A stretch of 64,000 bases of DNA from positions 9,596 to 73,595 of the forward strand of contig CABXBH010000001.1 of the NCBI GenBank assembly GCA_902510415.1, in the 5' to 3' direction. The translations under genes were made by a program, and so were the position numbers. A model generated the notes under the pieces. That model saw only the letters and a list, made by a program, of their open reading frames with translations. It was not told the DNA's origin and made no database searches. Within the stretch, counting starts at the first letter, position 1; every line of letters starts with the position of its first letter. This DNA is from an uncultured Bacteroidota bacterium. Its GTDB lineage: Bacteria; Bacteroidota; Bacteroidia; Flavobacteriales; Flavobacteriaceae. Positions 1-9,568 of this stretch are shown here, piece by piece.

Positions 1-615
1 AGTTACGTTAAAAAGGATAATAAAAAAAAGCTGTTTATCAGCTTTGATGATAATTATTATAATTGGATTAAAATTTCTGAGTTATTGGCCAAAAATGATT
101 TCAAGGCTACCTTCTATACTAATTCAGGAGCATTTAGTGATATAGCTACAAAAGAATATTTAAATGATTATTTTAATAGAATTAATTATAAGAAAGACCT
201 TAGGACAATATCAAAAAACCATTTAATTACAATTTACAAAGACCATAATCATATTATAGGTGGCCATACAGTGAATCATTTTAATTTAAACGGTATTAAA
301 TATCAAAATGCAATAAATGAAATTTATGAAAATAAAATTCATCTTGAAGAAATAATAAATCATCCAATCTATCATTTTTCTTATCCTTTTGGTATGAGAA
401 GATACTTTAATGAAAATTTAAGGAATTATTGTAAAGAAATAAATTACAAAACGGTGTGTAACGCTATTCCAGGACAACTTTTCAATAAAATACACAATTA
501 TGATATATACAGAACAATGTGGGATTTTAATATTGATTTCATATCCAATCTTAATAATATCAAAGTTGATGGAAGACTATTTCACAACTTATTTCAAAAA
601 AGTCCAATTGGTTAA
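1..615 (+). CDS. Polysaccharide deacetylase (NodB/CE4 family), 5'-partial; true start is upstream of the window
   Basis: Frame 1 is open from base 1. Residues before the ORF-track TTG start read SYVKKDNKKKLFISFDDNYYNWIKISELL, so the NodB motif-1-like FDD lies upstream of position 85. GGHTVNH (His-His metal motif) and FSYPFG follow in the expected order. Confidence 0.7.
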   Translation, partial: SYVKKDNKKKLFISFDDNYYNWIKISELLAKNDFKATFYTNSGAFSDIATKEYLNDYFNRINYKKDLRTISKNHLITIYKDHNHIIGGHTVNHFNLNGIKYQNAINEIYENKIHLEEIINHPIYHFSYPFGMRRYFNENLRNYCKEINYKTVCNAIPGQLFNKIHNYDIYRTMWDFNIDFISNLNNIKVDGRLFHNLFQKSPIG

Positions 616-1713
616 ATGAAGAAAAAATTTATAATAATATGTCAGACACCTCCTCCACACTTAGGACAATCAATAATGCATAAATATTTTGTTGAGGATA
701 ACTGGAATGAAATCGAAAAGATTCATATAAGATCTGAATTCGCAAAAAGAAGTAATGAATTTGGTAGAATTTCATTTGGAAAAGTTTATGAAATATTTAA
801 AATATTTTTTAAACTTTTAAATGAAAGATTAAAGGGTCGAATCGATCTTATTTATTATCCTCCAAGCGGACCTGCTAACAGAAAAACATTTTACAAAGAT
901 TTTGCTTTGTTATCTTTCATTAGGCTGTTTTCAAAAAAAATAGTATTTCATTTTCATGCTGATAAATTTAATAATTTACTTAAATCTTTGTCCTATTTTG
1001 AACTTATACTCGCCAAATATATTTACGGTAATCCTGATTTATGTATTATTATTGTCAAGGTTCAAGAAAATGATCTTGAATGGATAAAACCCAAAAAAAT
1101 TATTTTAATAGAGAACGGGATTCAAGATGTTTTTATTAAAAACGAAATTACCTCAAATAATAATATTTTTAATATTCTTTATATTGGGTTGTTAATTGAT
1201 TACAAAGGAATTGAGGATGCAGTTGAGAGTATTTTCTTGTTGAAAAAATTGGGTCATAAATTTATATGGACTTTTGTTGGTGGGTGGAGCTCAGAAAAAT
1301 TTAAACAAAAAATTATGCATCTTATCGATAAGTATGAAATTAAAGAATATATTAATTTCACAGGTGAAATAAATGGACCTAATAAATGGGCTTACTTTAA
1401 TGATTGTGATATAATGTGCTTGCCATCAAGAAAAGATTTAATGCCTTTATGTATTTTAGAGTCAATGATGTTTGCAAAACCAGTAGTTACAACTAAAATA
1501 AGATCATTGCCTCATATAGTTGATGATAATATAAATGGCCTTCTATGTGAACCAAAATCACCCAGTAAACTATCCAAAAAAATATCAAAATTAATTAATG
1601 ACAAAAAAAAATGTAAAATTCTTGGACAAAATGGAAGAAATAAATTTGAAGAAAACTATACAATAGAAGTTCATTTATCAAAAATGAAAAAAGAAATTTT
1701 AAAAATAATATAA
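616..1713 (+). CDS. Glycosyltransferase, GT-B fold, family 4-like
   Basis: 365 aa. The C-terminal half has the GT4 pattern (FTGEINGP..., CLPSRKDLMPLCILESMMFAKPVVTT, NGLLCEP = EX7E region). The start abuts the stop of the upstream deacetylase. Confidence 0.8.
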   Translation: MKKKFIIICQTPPPHLGQSIMHKYFVEDNWNEIEKIHIRSEFAKRSNEFGRISFGKVYEIFKIFFKLLNERLKGRIDLIYYPPSGPANRKTFYKDFALLSFIRLFSKKIVFHFHADKFNNLLKSLSYFELILAKYIYGNPDLCIIIVKVQENDLEWIKPKKIILIENGIQDVFIKNEITSNNNIFNILYIGLLIDYKGIEDAVESIFLLKKLGHKFIWTFVGGWSSEKFKQKIMHLIDKYEIKEYINFTGEINGPNKWAYFNDCDIMCLPSRKDLMPLCILESMMFAKPVVTTKIRSLPHIVDDNINGLLCEPKSPSKLSKKISKLINDKKKCKILGQNGRNKFEENYTIEVHLSKMKKEILKII

Positions 1714-1718
1714 GTGCT

Positions 1719-2681
1719 ATGATTAAATCAAAGATTTTGATCACTGGTGGATCAGGTTTTATAGGAAAGAACTTGTCTAAAATTTTTCTTGAAAAAGAAA
1801 TAAATTTTTTAAACGTTGACAAAGAAAAACCTGAGTTAGTGACTTTACAAAAATATTGGATCAATTGCAGTATAATGGATAAACAGAAATTATTTAATTT
1901 GATCAAAGAATATAGTCCAGAATTTGTTATTCATTTAGCAGCAATAACTGACACCCTTTCGGATGATTTAGATTATTACCAAACCAATACAACAGGAACC
2001 AAAAATCTTATTGAAGTATGTAATAATGTTGATTCGATTAAAAAAATTATAATTACTTCCACACAATATGTTTACAGGGACTTATCAAATCCGATTCCTT
2101 CCTCTGACACTGATTTTAAGCATCATACAACATACGGTTTGTCGAAAGTAATTTCAGAAAAAATTACAAGAAATAAATGTAAAAAAAGTTATGTAATAAT
2201 TAGACCAACAAATATTTGGGGACCTTACAGTATAAATTATGCAAATGGTCTGTTTAAAGCTATAGATAAGGGTATTTTTGTTTTACCTGCAAATAATGAC
2301 TCAATAAAGTCGTATGGATATGTAAAGAATATATGTCATCAAATAATTGATATACTTTATGACGAATCAAATTCAGGTAATGTATACTATGTTGGAGAAA
2401 GTATGATAAATTCAAATCATTGGGCTGAAAAGATTTTTTTTGAAATTAAAGGGCATAAACCTATTATAGTACCTAAATTTTTTCTTTATTTGGGTTCAGT
2501 TTTTGGTGATTTTTTAAGAAAGTTTGGTTTAAAGTTTCCTTTATACTCTACTAGATATAAAAACATGATTCAGAGTTATGAGGTTCCAATTCAAAAGACA
2601 CTCAAAAAATATTCTTTAAAACACCCAGATTTAGAAGAAAATATTTTTGAAACTATAAAATGGTTTAAAAATGATTTATAA
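1719..2681 (+). CDS. NAD-dependent nucleotide-sugar epimerase/dehydratase (extended SDR)
   Basis: ILITGGSGFIGKNL Rossmann motif at the N-terminus; TYGLSK = YxxxK catalytic motif; 320 aa. Confidence 0.8.
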   Translation: MIKSKILITGGSGFIGKNLSKIFLEKEINFLNVDKEKPELVTLQKYWINCSIMDKQKLFNLIKEYSPEFVIHLAAITDTLSDDLDYYQTNTTGTKNLIEVCNNVDSIKKIIITSTQYVYRDLSNPIPSSDTDFKHHTTYGLSKVISEKITRNKCKKSYVIIRPTNIWGPYSINYANGLFKAIDKGIFVLPANNDSIKSYGYVKNICHQIIDILYDESNSGNVYYVGESMINSNHWAEKIFFEIKGHKPIIVPKFFLYLGSVFGDFLRKFGLKFPLYSTRYKNMIQSYEVPIQKTLKKYSLKHPDLEENIFETIKWFKNDL

Positions 2682-3381
2682 AGAGAGCTGTTTCGGAATT
2701 CATTTAACATTTGGTATTCAAAATGTTGACAACAATATTTTTTCTTTTATTGACAAAAGAAAAAAAGGATATGTTTGCGTTGTTGATTTTAATGTAATTT
2801 CTCGATCTTTTCAGGATAGTAAATATAATAGAATCTTAAATAATGCAGATTTCAATACATGTGATGGTAGTTTCTTAGCCTTCTTAAAAAATTTAAAAGA
2901 AAGAAAAAATTATAAATCATACAACGGCCCTGAAATTTTTAAAAAATTTATAACAAATCATAATTATGTGCAGTTAATCCTGGGCCCCAATGAAAGTGAT
3001 TATAACCAATTAACAAAAAAAATATCTAACAATAGTCATATTAAACATTTGGAATTACCCTTTTCTGATATTGATGATTTTAACTATAGAAAAATAGCAA
3101 GTCAAATTAATTTTATAAAACCGCATATAATATGGGTTTTGCTTGGTGCTCCTAAACAAGAAAGATTTATATCCAACATAATACAGCATGTTGATGGTGG
3201 TCTTTTTTTCGGTGTTGGTGCAGCTTTAAATTTTTATCTCGGCAGAATAAAAAATAGAACATTCTCTGTTTTTGGGCTTAGGTTTATTTGGGTTGAAAGA
3301 ATTTTTATAGAACCAAGAAAACAAATAGGTCGCATCTTAAATTTTCTTACTGTTCTTCCAAAAATAATCCGTAATATTTGA
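2671..3381 (+). CDS. WecB/TagA/CpsF family glycosyltransferase (GT26)
   Basis: 236 aa with NTCDGSFLAF, LLGAPKQERFI and GVGAALNF, the characteristic blocks of the WecG/TagA family. Overlaps the upstream epimerase by 11 nt. Confidence 0.75.
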   Translation: MIYKESCFGIHLTFGIQNVDNNIFSFIDKRKKGYVCVVDFNVISRSFQDSKYNRILNNADFNTCDGSFLAFLKNLKERKNYKSYNGPEIFKKFITNHNYVQLILGPNESDYNQLTKKISNNSHIKHLELPFSDIDDFNYRKIASQINFIKPHIIWVLLGAPKQERFISNIIQHVDGGLFFGVGAALNFYLGRIKNRTFSVFGLRFIWVERIFIEPRKQIGRILNFLTVLPKIIRNI

Positions 3382-3391
3382 TTAATCAGTT

Positions 3392-4177
3392 ATGATAAGA
3401 GTTAGTGTTATTACACAGAATGATAAATTTTTTATTCCAAAAAATATTAAATTATTAATTGATGATTCAAAAATAAAAGTTTGTTCAATATACGTAGTAA
3501 ACGCAAAAGGTTCGATTTCTAATAAAAAATATTTTTTTTTAAAAAATTTTCTTAATGCAGGTTCTATAATTCTCTCTCTGGAATATATTAAAAATTCATT
3601 TTTTGATAAATTAGACTCAACATTTAATTACAATATATTTGGTGGGCTAAAGAGTATTAAATCATTATCAAAATTTCATAAAATAAATTATAAAGTCATT
3701 AATAATCCAAATAATGAAATAGTTATCTCTAATTTGAGAAAATTGAATTTGGATTTTATTATTTCATATTCTTCTCCATCTATTTTTCACAAAAGGCTTT
3801 TAAATACCCCTAAATTTTCATGTTTAAATCTACATTCTTCACTTTTACCCAGTTATTCTGGGCTAATGCCAAGTTTTTGGGTTTTATTTTACAAAGAAGA
3901 TTTTACTGGCTGTACTGTTCATTACATGGATTCAAAGATTGATAATGGTTCAATTATATCTCAAAAAAAAATAAGTATAGATGGAATAAAGTCTGTATTT
4001 AAATTGAATAAATTAACCAAGTATCATGGTGGAAAATTAATGATAGAATCAATCCATAAAGTTTTTAGTGGCGATATTAATCTTATAAAAAATAAAGTGG
4101 CTTCAGATTTATATTTTTCTTGGCCTACTAATACTCAAATAAAACAGTTTATTATTGATGGAGGTAGATTATACTAA
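3392..4177 (+). CDS. Formyltransferase-domain protein (sugar N-formyltransferase candidate)
   Basis: CLNLHSSLLPSYSGLMP and MDSKIDNGSII reproduce the N/H/D catalytic pattern of the Formyl_trans_N fold (compare xNxHxSLLPxxRG ... D.G.I in Fmt/PurN/ArnA). 261 aa, no tRNA-binding C-terminal domain. Confidence 0.65.
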   Translation: MIRVSVITQNDKFFIPKNIKLLIDDSKIKVCSIYVVNAKGSISNKKYFFLKNFLNAGSIILSLEYIKNSFFDKLDSTFNYNIFGGLKSIKSLSKFHKINYKVINNPNNEIVISNLRKLNLDFIISYSSPSIFHKRLLNTPKFSCLNLHSSLLPSYSGLMPSFWVLFYKEDFTGCTVHYMDSKIDNGSIISQKKISIDGIKSVFKLNKLTKYHGGKLMIESIHKVFSGDINLIKNKVASDLYFSWPTNTQIKQFIIDGGRLY

Positions 4178-5003
4178 AAAAATAGCCGTATTTACAATAG
4201 ATGTTGAGGAATGGTATCATTTGGAATATTTCAAAGACAAAAAAGTTAATAAAAAACAAACAGCCATTGATGGATTAACTAGTTTTATAAGATTAATAGA
4301 GGAAAATAATATCAGAGCAACATTTTTTATTGTTGGAGAGTTAATAGATAAAATTAAACACACTTTAATTGATATTGAAGCTAAGGGAAACGAAATTGCT
4401 ATTCATTCGTACTGTCATAGAAGACCCGTAAATCAAAAAATAAAAAGTTTTAAAGATGATGTTAGAAAATGTCAAAATGAATTAGTAAAAATTTTTCCAA
4501 ACAAGTTATTTGGATATCGAGCACCTTGTTTTGCATTAGACAGAAAAAGACTTAACGAATTAAATAAATTAGATATTAAATACGATTCCAGTAAAATAAA
4601 TCAGAGCAATCATCCTCTTTATGTTGATCTTAATATAAATGATTTTGAGAAAATCGTGCCTAATGGAATTTTTGTAAAGAATAATTTTAAGGTATTTGAA
4701 GTTTCAACAGTGAAAATATTTGGCCTACAAATTCCGATTTCAGGAGGTGGATATTTGCGAATAATTCCATGGTTTATATATTCTGCTTTGCTGAAAAAAT
4801 ATTTAAAAAATAATAATTTTTTCAATTTTTATATACACCCCTTTGAGTTAAGTACAAACAAATTTGAGCTTCCAAAGGGTACGTCTCTTTTCACGAGGTT
4901 TAGATTTAATTATAATAGAAAAAAAGTTGAAAAAAGAATTTCAAGAATTATCAAAATACTAAAAGATTATAATTTTGATTTTAAAACCTTTGATGAATTA
5001 TAA
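4155..5003 (+). CDS. Polysaccharide deacetylase family protein (NodB fold, DUF3473-type)
   Basis: N-terminus FTIDVEEWYH is the DVEDW/Y-type start typical of the DUF3473-containing deacetylases of EPS loci. HSYCHR and YRAPCF blocks follow. Overlaps the formyltransferase gene by 23 nt. Confidence 0.7.
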   Translation: MMEVDYTKKIAVFTIDVEEWYHLEYFKDKKVNKKQTAIDGLTSFIRLIEENNIRATFFIVGELIDKIKHTLIDIEAKGNEIAIHSYCHRRPVNQKIKSFKDDVRKCQNELVKIFPNKLFGYRAPCFALDRKRLNELNKLDIKYDSSKINQSNHPLYVDLNINDFEKIVPNGIFVKNNFKVFEVSTVKIFGLQIPISGGGYLRIIPWFIYSALLKKYLKNNNFFNFYIHPFELSTNKFELPKGTSLFTRFRFNYNRKKVEKRISRIIKILKDYNFDFKTFDEL

Positions 5004-5854
5004 TGAAAAAGATATTAATAACTGGAGGTAATGGAATAATCGGAAGTTCTCTCGTCAAACATATTTCTGAGGAATCAAATTACGAGATTACTGTCATTGT
5101 TAATAACAATGAAAAGGTTAACCAATCAAAAATTTATAAAAATGTTATTTATTTAAACTTGGATTTAAGTAAATCGGTTCCTGAAGGGTTTTTCAAAGAT
5201 GGGTTTCATTTTATAATCCATTTGGCTGCAAAAGCACATTCAAAAGACTCGAAAAGTATATATAACTATAATTCACTTATAACAAAAAACTTGGTCAACT
5301 CGATTGATGACCATAGTTCACACTTTATTTTTTTTAGCTCAGTATCAGTTTATGGAGAGTCTAATAGGAAATATCCTATTTCGGTAAATGATTATTGCAG
5401 GCCAGCTAGTCACTATGGTAAATCGAAACTATCAGACGAAAATTTTATCAGGTCAATATTTAAGTCATACTCGATTATAAGGCTTTGCCCAATGGTTAGC
5501 GGAAAAATAAATAAAGATCTTTTAAAACGCATATATTTGCCTAATACCTCGATTAAATATTATTCGCCATTTAAGCGAGTTTATAATTTTTCAAACTTAG
5601 AAATTATTAATAATTTTATTTACAATAAATTAATTGAGGAAAATTTAAATGAAAAAAAAATATATAATTTACATGATGGTGTTGGGTATGATCAAAAAAT
5701 ACTATTAGATAATTTTCCAGGAAGGACTATTAAATTTAATTTTTTCGTTTTATATCCTATATTTTTCGTATTAGAATTATTTTCATTTAATTCAACGGTT
5801 TATAAGATAAACTGTTTATTTTGGAAAATGTTTAAAACCAATACATATGATTAA
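5003..5854 (+). CDS. NAD-dependent epimerase/dehydratase family protein (SDR)
   Basis: ILITGGNGIIGSSL Rossmann motif; HYGKSK = YxxxK. ATG overlaps the upstream stop (TAATG). Confidence 0.65.
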   Translation: MKKILITGGNGIIGSSLVKHISEESNYEITVIVNNNEKVNQSKIYKNVIYLNLDLSKSVPEGFFKDGFHFIIHLAAKAHSKDSKSIYNYNSLITKNLVNSIDDHSSHFIFFSSVSVYGESNRKYPISVNDYCRPASHYGKSKLSDENFIRSIFKSYSIIRLCPMVSGKINKDLLKRIYLPNTSIKYYSPFKRVYNFSNLEIINNFIYNKLIEENLNEKKIYNLHDGVGYDQKILLDNFPGRTIKFNFFVLYPIFFVLELFSFNSTVYKINCLFWKMFKTNTYD

Positions 5855-7028
5855 ACCTAAACTTGACTCTAAATTTATTAAAATTGATTTTTCTAATTTA
5901 ATATCAGAAAATCATGAAAATATTGAAAATCTTGTCAAAAATTCAAATATATTAGTAATAGGTGGGGCTGGTACTATTGGTTCAAATTATATTAAGAAAA
6001 TTCTACCTTTTTGTCCTTCAAAAATTACTGTTGTTGATATAAACGAGAATGCTCTAACCGAATTGACAAGAGATTTGAGAAGTTCAAGCTTGTTGGACTA
6101 CAAGCCTGACTATATCACATATCCGGTAAGTTTATTAAGTGATTTGTTTGATAATATTTTTAAAAAAGAAAAATGGGATATAGTAGCAAATTTTGCTGCA
6201 CATAAGCACGTCCGATCTGAAAAAGATAATATTTCAGTTGCTTCTTTAATTAAAAATAATGTTTTTGGTGCTATTAAGCTTCTAAATTTGTGCTCTTCTT
6301 GTCCGCCTAAATTTTTTTTTAGTGTTTCTACTGATAAAGCAGCAAATCCTGTAAATATCATGGGAGCATCAAAATTATTAATGGAAAAACTAATTTTATC
6401 TAAAAAACATGAATTCAGAGTTACAACGGCAAGATTTGCAAATGTTGCATTTTCAAATGGAAGCCTTTTAGATGGTTTTATCTATCGATTGCAAAAAAAA
6501 CAACCCCTTTCTTGTCCAATTGATATAAAAAGATTTTTTGTAACACCTGAACAATCAGGTGAAATTTGTTTGTTGTCAACATTTTTAGGAGAATCAGGAA
6601 ATATATTTTTTCCAAAACTCAACTTTAATTCTGATCAAATATATTTTAAGGATATTGCAATTAATTTTTTGAAATTAAATAATTACAATCCTATCATTCT
6701 GGATTCTGAAAATGCTGCAAAAAGATTTAAAATCAGTTCTAATGACAATAACTACCCAATTCTTTTTTTCAAAACAGATACATCTGGTGAAAAACCGTAC
6801 GAAGAATTTTATAGTGAAGATGAAGAATATGAATTAGATCGTTATGATACGATTGGATTTATAAAGTCAGCAGATATTGATATTTCATTTGCCGAAATTT
6901 TAAGTGATTTTAGTAAAATTTTTTCTAACGATAATTTTACTAAATCTGATATAATTGAACTAATTAAAAGATATATTCCGACTTTTATGCATATCGAAAC
7001 TGGAAAAAGTCTTGATGAAAAAATGTAA
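5847..7028 (+). CDS. CapD/PglF/WbpM-like polysaccharide biosynthesis protein (nucleotide-sugar 4,6-dehydratase type), soluble short form
   Basis: VIGGAGTIGS Rossmann motif; VSTDKAANPVNIMGASKLLMEK is the CapD-family active-site block (MxxxK replacing YxxxK). No N-terminal TM segments. Confidence 0.75.
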   Translation: MIKPKLDSKFIKIDFSNLISENHENIENLVKNSNILVIGGAGTIGSNYIKKILPFCPSKITVVDINENALTELTRDLRSSSLLDYKPDYITYPVSLLSDLFDNIFKKEKWDIVANFAAHKHVRSEKDNISVASLIKNNVFGAIKLLNLCSSCPPKFFFSVSTDKAANPVNIMGASKLLMEKLILSKKHEFRVTTARFANVAFSNGSLLDGFIYRLQKKQPLSCPIDIKRFFVTPEQSGEICLLSTFLGESGNIFFPKLNFNSDQIYFKDIAINFLKLNNYNPIILDSENAAKRFKISSNDNNYPILFFKTDTSGEKPYEEFYSEDEEYELDRYDTIGFIKSADIDISFAEILSDFSKIFSNDNFTKSDIIELIKRYIPTFMHIETGKSLDEKM

Positions 7029-7030
7029 TT

Positions 7031-7702
7031 ATGTATTTAACTGTAAAAAGATTATTTGATATAGTTTTTGGATTTATTTCTTTAGTAATTTTACTTCCTA
7101 TACTTCTGCCTATTTCAATAATTTTGCTCTTAACAGGGGAAGGTCAGGTGTTTTATTTGCAAGAAAGAATAGGGCTTAATAATTCAACATTTAATATTTT
7201 CAAATTTGCAACTATGTTAAAAAATTCCTTAAACATGGGATCTGGGAGTATTACACTTAAAGATGATTTTAGGGTTACGAAAGTCGGGAAATACCTCAGA
7301 AAATCTAAAATAAACGAGTTGCCACAAATAATTAACATTATCAATGGAGATATTAGTTTTGTTGGTCCACGCCCTTTAGTGTATAATACTTTTAATGCAT
7401 ATTCTGACGAAGTCAAATTTAATATATATAAGTCAAAACCTGGATTAACTGGTATTGGTTCAGTTGTTTTTAGAGATGAAGAGTCATTAATATCTTCTTC
7501 CAATTTTAAAGATCCACATGTTTTTTACAAAAATGTGATAGCTCCATACAAAGGAGAACTCGAATTATGGTACTTAAAAAACAAATCATTTACTACAGAT
7601 TTAAAAATAATACTTTTAACAGCCTGGGTAATTTTTTTTAAAAGAAGTAGGCTTTATGAAGTTATATTTAAAGACTTACCGAGAAGAAAATTTGAAATTT
7701 GA
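7031..7702 (+). CDS. Undecaprenyl-phosphate sugar phosphotransferase (small monotopic PglC/WbaP-C-terminal type)
   Basis: KRLFDIVFGFISLVILLPILL re-entrant helix, then INELPQIINIINGDISFVGPRP, the hallmark Bac_transf block. 223 aa. Confidence 0.85.
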   Translation: MYLTVKRLFDIVFGFISLVILLPILLPISIILLLTGEGQVFYLQERIGLNNSTFNIFKFATMLKNSLNMGSGSITLKDDFRVTKVGKYLRKSKINELPQIINIINGDISFVGPRPLVYNTFNAYSDEVKFNIYKSKPGLTGIGSVVFRDEESLISSSNFKDPHVFYKNVIAPYKGELELWYLKNKSFTTDLKIILLTAWVIFFKRSRLYEVIFKDLPRRKFEI

Positions 7703-7717
7703 AATAACAATTTATAA

Positions 7718-8728
7718 TTAACGTAATTTTTCTAGTATATATTTTTTGTTCATTATCGCTTCAAATATCTGTTTAAGTTTATTTTTAAAATACAGTATTA
7801 TATGACATACAAATTGATCAATATAAAACCAAGTTTTATTTTCATATTTCATAATCATCCTCATTCTATACAACTTATTGCTTATGAATCTAATTTCTTT
7901 AACATTGTTAGTTATTTCTAAGTAATCACTAATTATAAGATATCTTTCCACATATAAAAAATTTAATAAATTTCTATTTTTTTCAATTAAACTGCTAAAT
8001 AATTTGAAATCGTAAAGACTTCTGATATTATAACTTGCTCTTAATGATCCATTATCGTTAATCTGATGATTGTAAATTATATGTTTTAGCATATGAATGT
8101 TGCATGGAATAAATGATGTATTATTAAAGATTTTTGAATTTAAAAAGTTTTTTTCGTCCAAAAGTTTTCTTTTAGAATATTTTAGTAAGTGCCGGTGAAT
8201 TTCTATCGCAAAAATTTGATTTTTATTAATCAGTCTAGGATAATGTCTAGTGTTTATTTCTCTGTACCCCCTTGCTTTTTTATAACCAATACTTTTTAGT
8301 AATGTTATTGATTTTTGGAAATGACTTTTTGATACTAAAATATCAATATCTCCTATCATTCTAACCCCCAAATCTATCATATTGTTTTGAAGAACCATTG
8401 CGCTTCCTTTTAAAAACACATAATCTATTCTATGTTTATTAAAAATCTCAGCAATGACTTTGCATTCATATAATAAATCCGTATTTCTTCTTTTGTTTAT
8501 TAAATAAATTTCTTTAAGGTAGTTTTCTAATTCTGAAGGTATATACTTTAAATATTTTTTTTCCTTAAGTTTATAATACAATAATGGTAGTGAAAGAAAT
8601 TCACTTGTTTTTTTTACAAGTAATTCAAAATTAATATCATTGAATATATTCTTTGAAAGTTCTTTTTTGCTAAAAACTATATCAAACAAAAACTTTTCCT
8701 CTAAAGATTGCCTTTGTAATATTGGCAT
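7718..8728 (-). CDS. Uncharacterised nucleotidyltransferase family protein (NTP_transf_5-like, pol-beta NTase fold)
   Basis: FLKGSAMVLQNNMIDLGVRMIGDIDILV matches the hG[GS]...DxD NTase signature as arranged in the family annotated 'uncharacterised nucleotidyltransferase'. It is the only minus-strand gene inside the plus-strand EPS block. Confidence 0.5.
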   Translation of the reverse strand: MPILQRQSLEEKFLFDIVFSKKELSKNIFNDINFELLVKKTSEFLSLPLLYYKLKEKKYLKYIPSELENYLKEIYLINKRRNTDLLYECKVIAEIFNKHRIDYVFLKGSAMVLQNNMIDLGVRMIGDIDILVSKSHFQKSITLLKSIGYKKARGYREINTRHYPRLINKNQIFAIEIHRHLLKYSKRKLLDEKNFLNSKIFNNTSFIPCNIHMLKHIIYNHQINDNGSLRASYNIRSLYDFKLFSSLIEKNRNLLNFLYVERYLIISDYLEITNNVKEIRFISNKLYRMRMIMKYENKTWFYIDQFVCHIILYFKNKLKQIFEAIMNKKYILEKLR

Positions 8729-8796
8729 ATTAATTTTATGATATATTATAAATATAAGATATATTTCCTAAATTAGCGTCCTGTAAAAACTAAGAA

Positions 8797-9564
8797 ATGG
8801 ATTTAAAAAAATTGTTTTTTATTGTCTCTTTTGTTGTGGCTATTACATCTTGTTCAACTAAAAAAGATATAATTTATCTGCAAAACTCTGATCAATTTGT
8901 AAATTCACCATATACTTACATCGATTATAAAATACACCCTGGAGATATATTAAATATAGTTGTTTCAACATCCATCCCTGAAGCAGCCTTTGCCTATAAT
9001 AGAATATCACAATCTACTGCTATCTCTAATTCCTTAGAAGTTTTAAAGGTTCAAGGTTACCAAGTAAATAATTTAGGTAATATTAATTTTCCAGGTTTAA
9101 ATAAAGTAAATGTGATGGGTAAGACTTTACCCGAAATTGAAATTATAATCTTTGATTTATTATTTTCTAAAGGTTTATTAAAAGGCCATAATGTTTCTGT
9201 TAAGCTATTAAATTCTACCGTAACCGTACTAGGTGAAGTAAATAGGCCTGGAACTTTTAATTTCCTTGAAACTAACATTAATATAAACGAAGTTTTAGGC
9301 TTAGCAGGAGATTTAACAATAACAGCCAAAAGAAACGATATTAAGTTAATTAGAGATATAAATGGGAAAAGAAAAATATTTAAAATTGATTTAACAAATA
9401 TTGATTATCTAAATTCTGAGTCATATCAAATTTATAATGGAGATATAATAATTGTTAATCCAAATACAACAAGGGTAAAAAACTCTGGTATAATCGGTAA
9501 TTCGGGTACACTTATAAGTTTACTGTCATTTATTCTCACGTCGATAATAGTAATAAGAAATTAG
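8797..9564 (+). CDS. wza: Polysaccharide export outer-membrane lipoprotein (Wza family)
   Basis: Lipoprotein signal (VVAITSCS). Poly_export block (YKIHPGDILNIVV) and SLBB-like block (VTVLGEVNRPGTFNF). Lies directly upstream of wzc. Confidence 0.8.
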   Translation: MDLKKLFFIVSFVVAITSCSTKKDIIYLQNSDQFVNSPYTYIDYKIHPGDILNIVVSTSIPEAAFAYNRISQSTAISNSLEVLKVQGYQVNNLGNINFPGLNKVNVMGKTLPEIEIIIFDLLFSKGLLKGHNVSVKLLNSTVTVLGEVNRPGTFNFLETNININEVLGLAGDLTITAKRNDIKLIRDINGKRKIFKIDLTNIDYLNSESYQIYNGDIIIVNPNTTRVKNSGIIGNSGTLISLLSFILTSIIVIRN

Positions 9565-9568
9565 ACAG

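Noticed and set aside
3531-3546. Other homopolymer runs of 9-10 nt (e.g. T9A6 at 3532-3546, A9 at 1603-1611 and 5652-5660, T9 at 6312-6320, T10 at 32967-32976, T9 at 60111-60119), considered as phase-variation switches in the EPS genes
   Set aside because: Runs of this length are expected frequently at about 30% G+C, they occur equally in housekeeping genes, and all are currently in frame. There is no evidence for phase variation.
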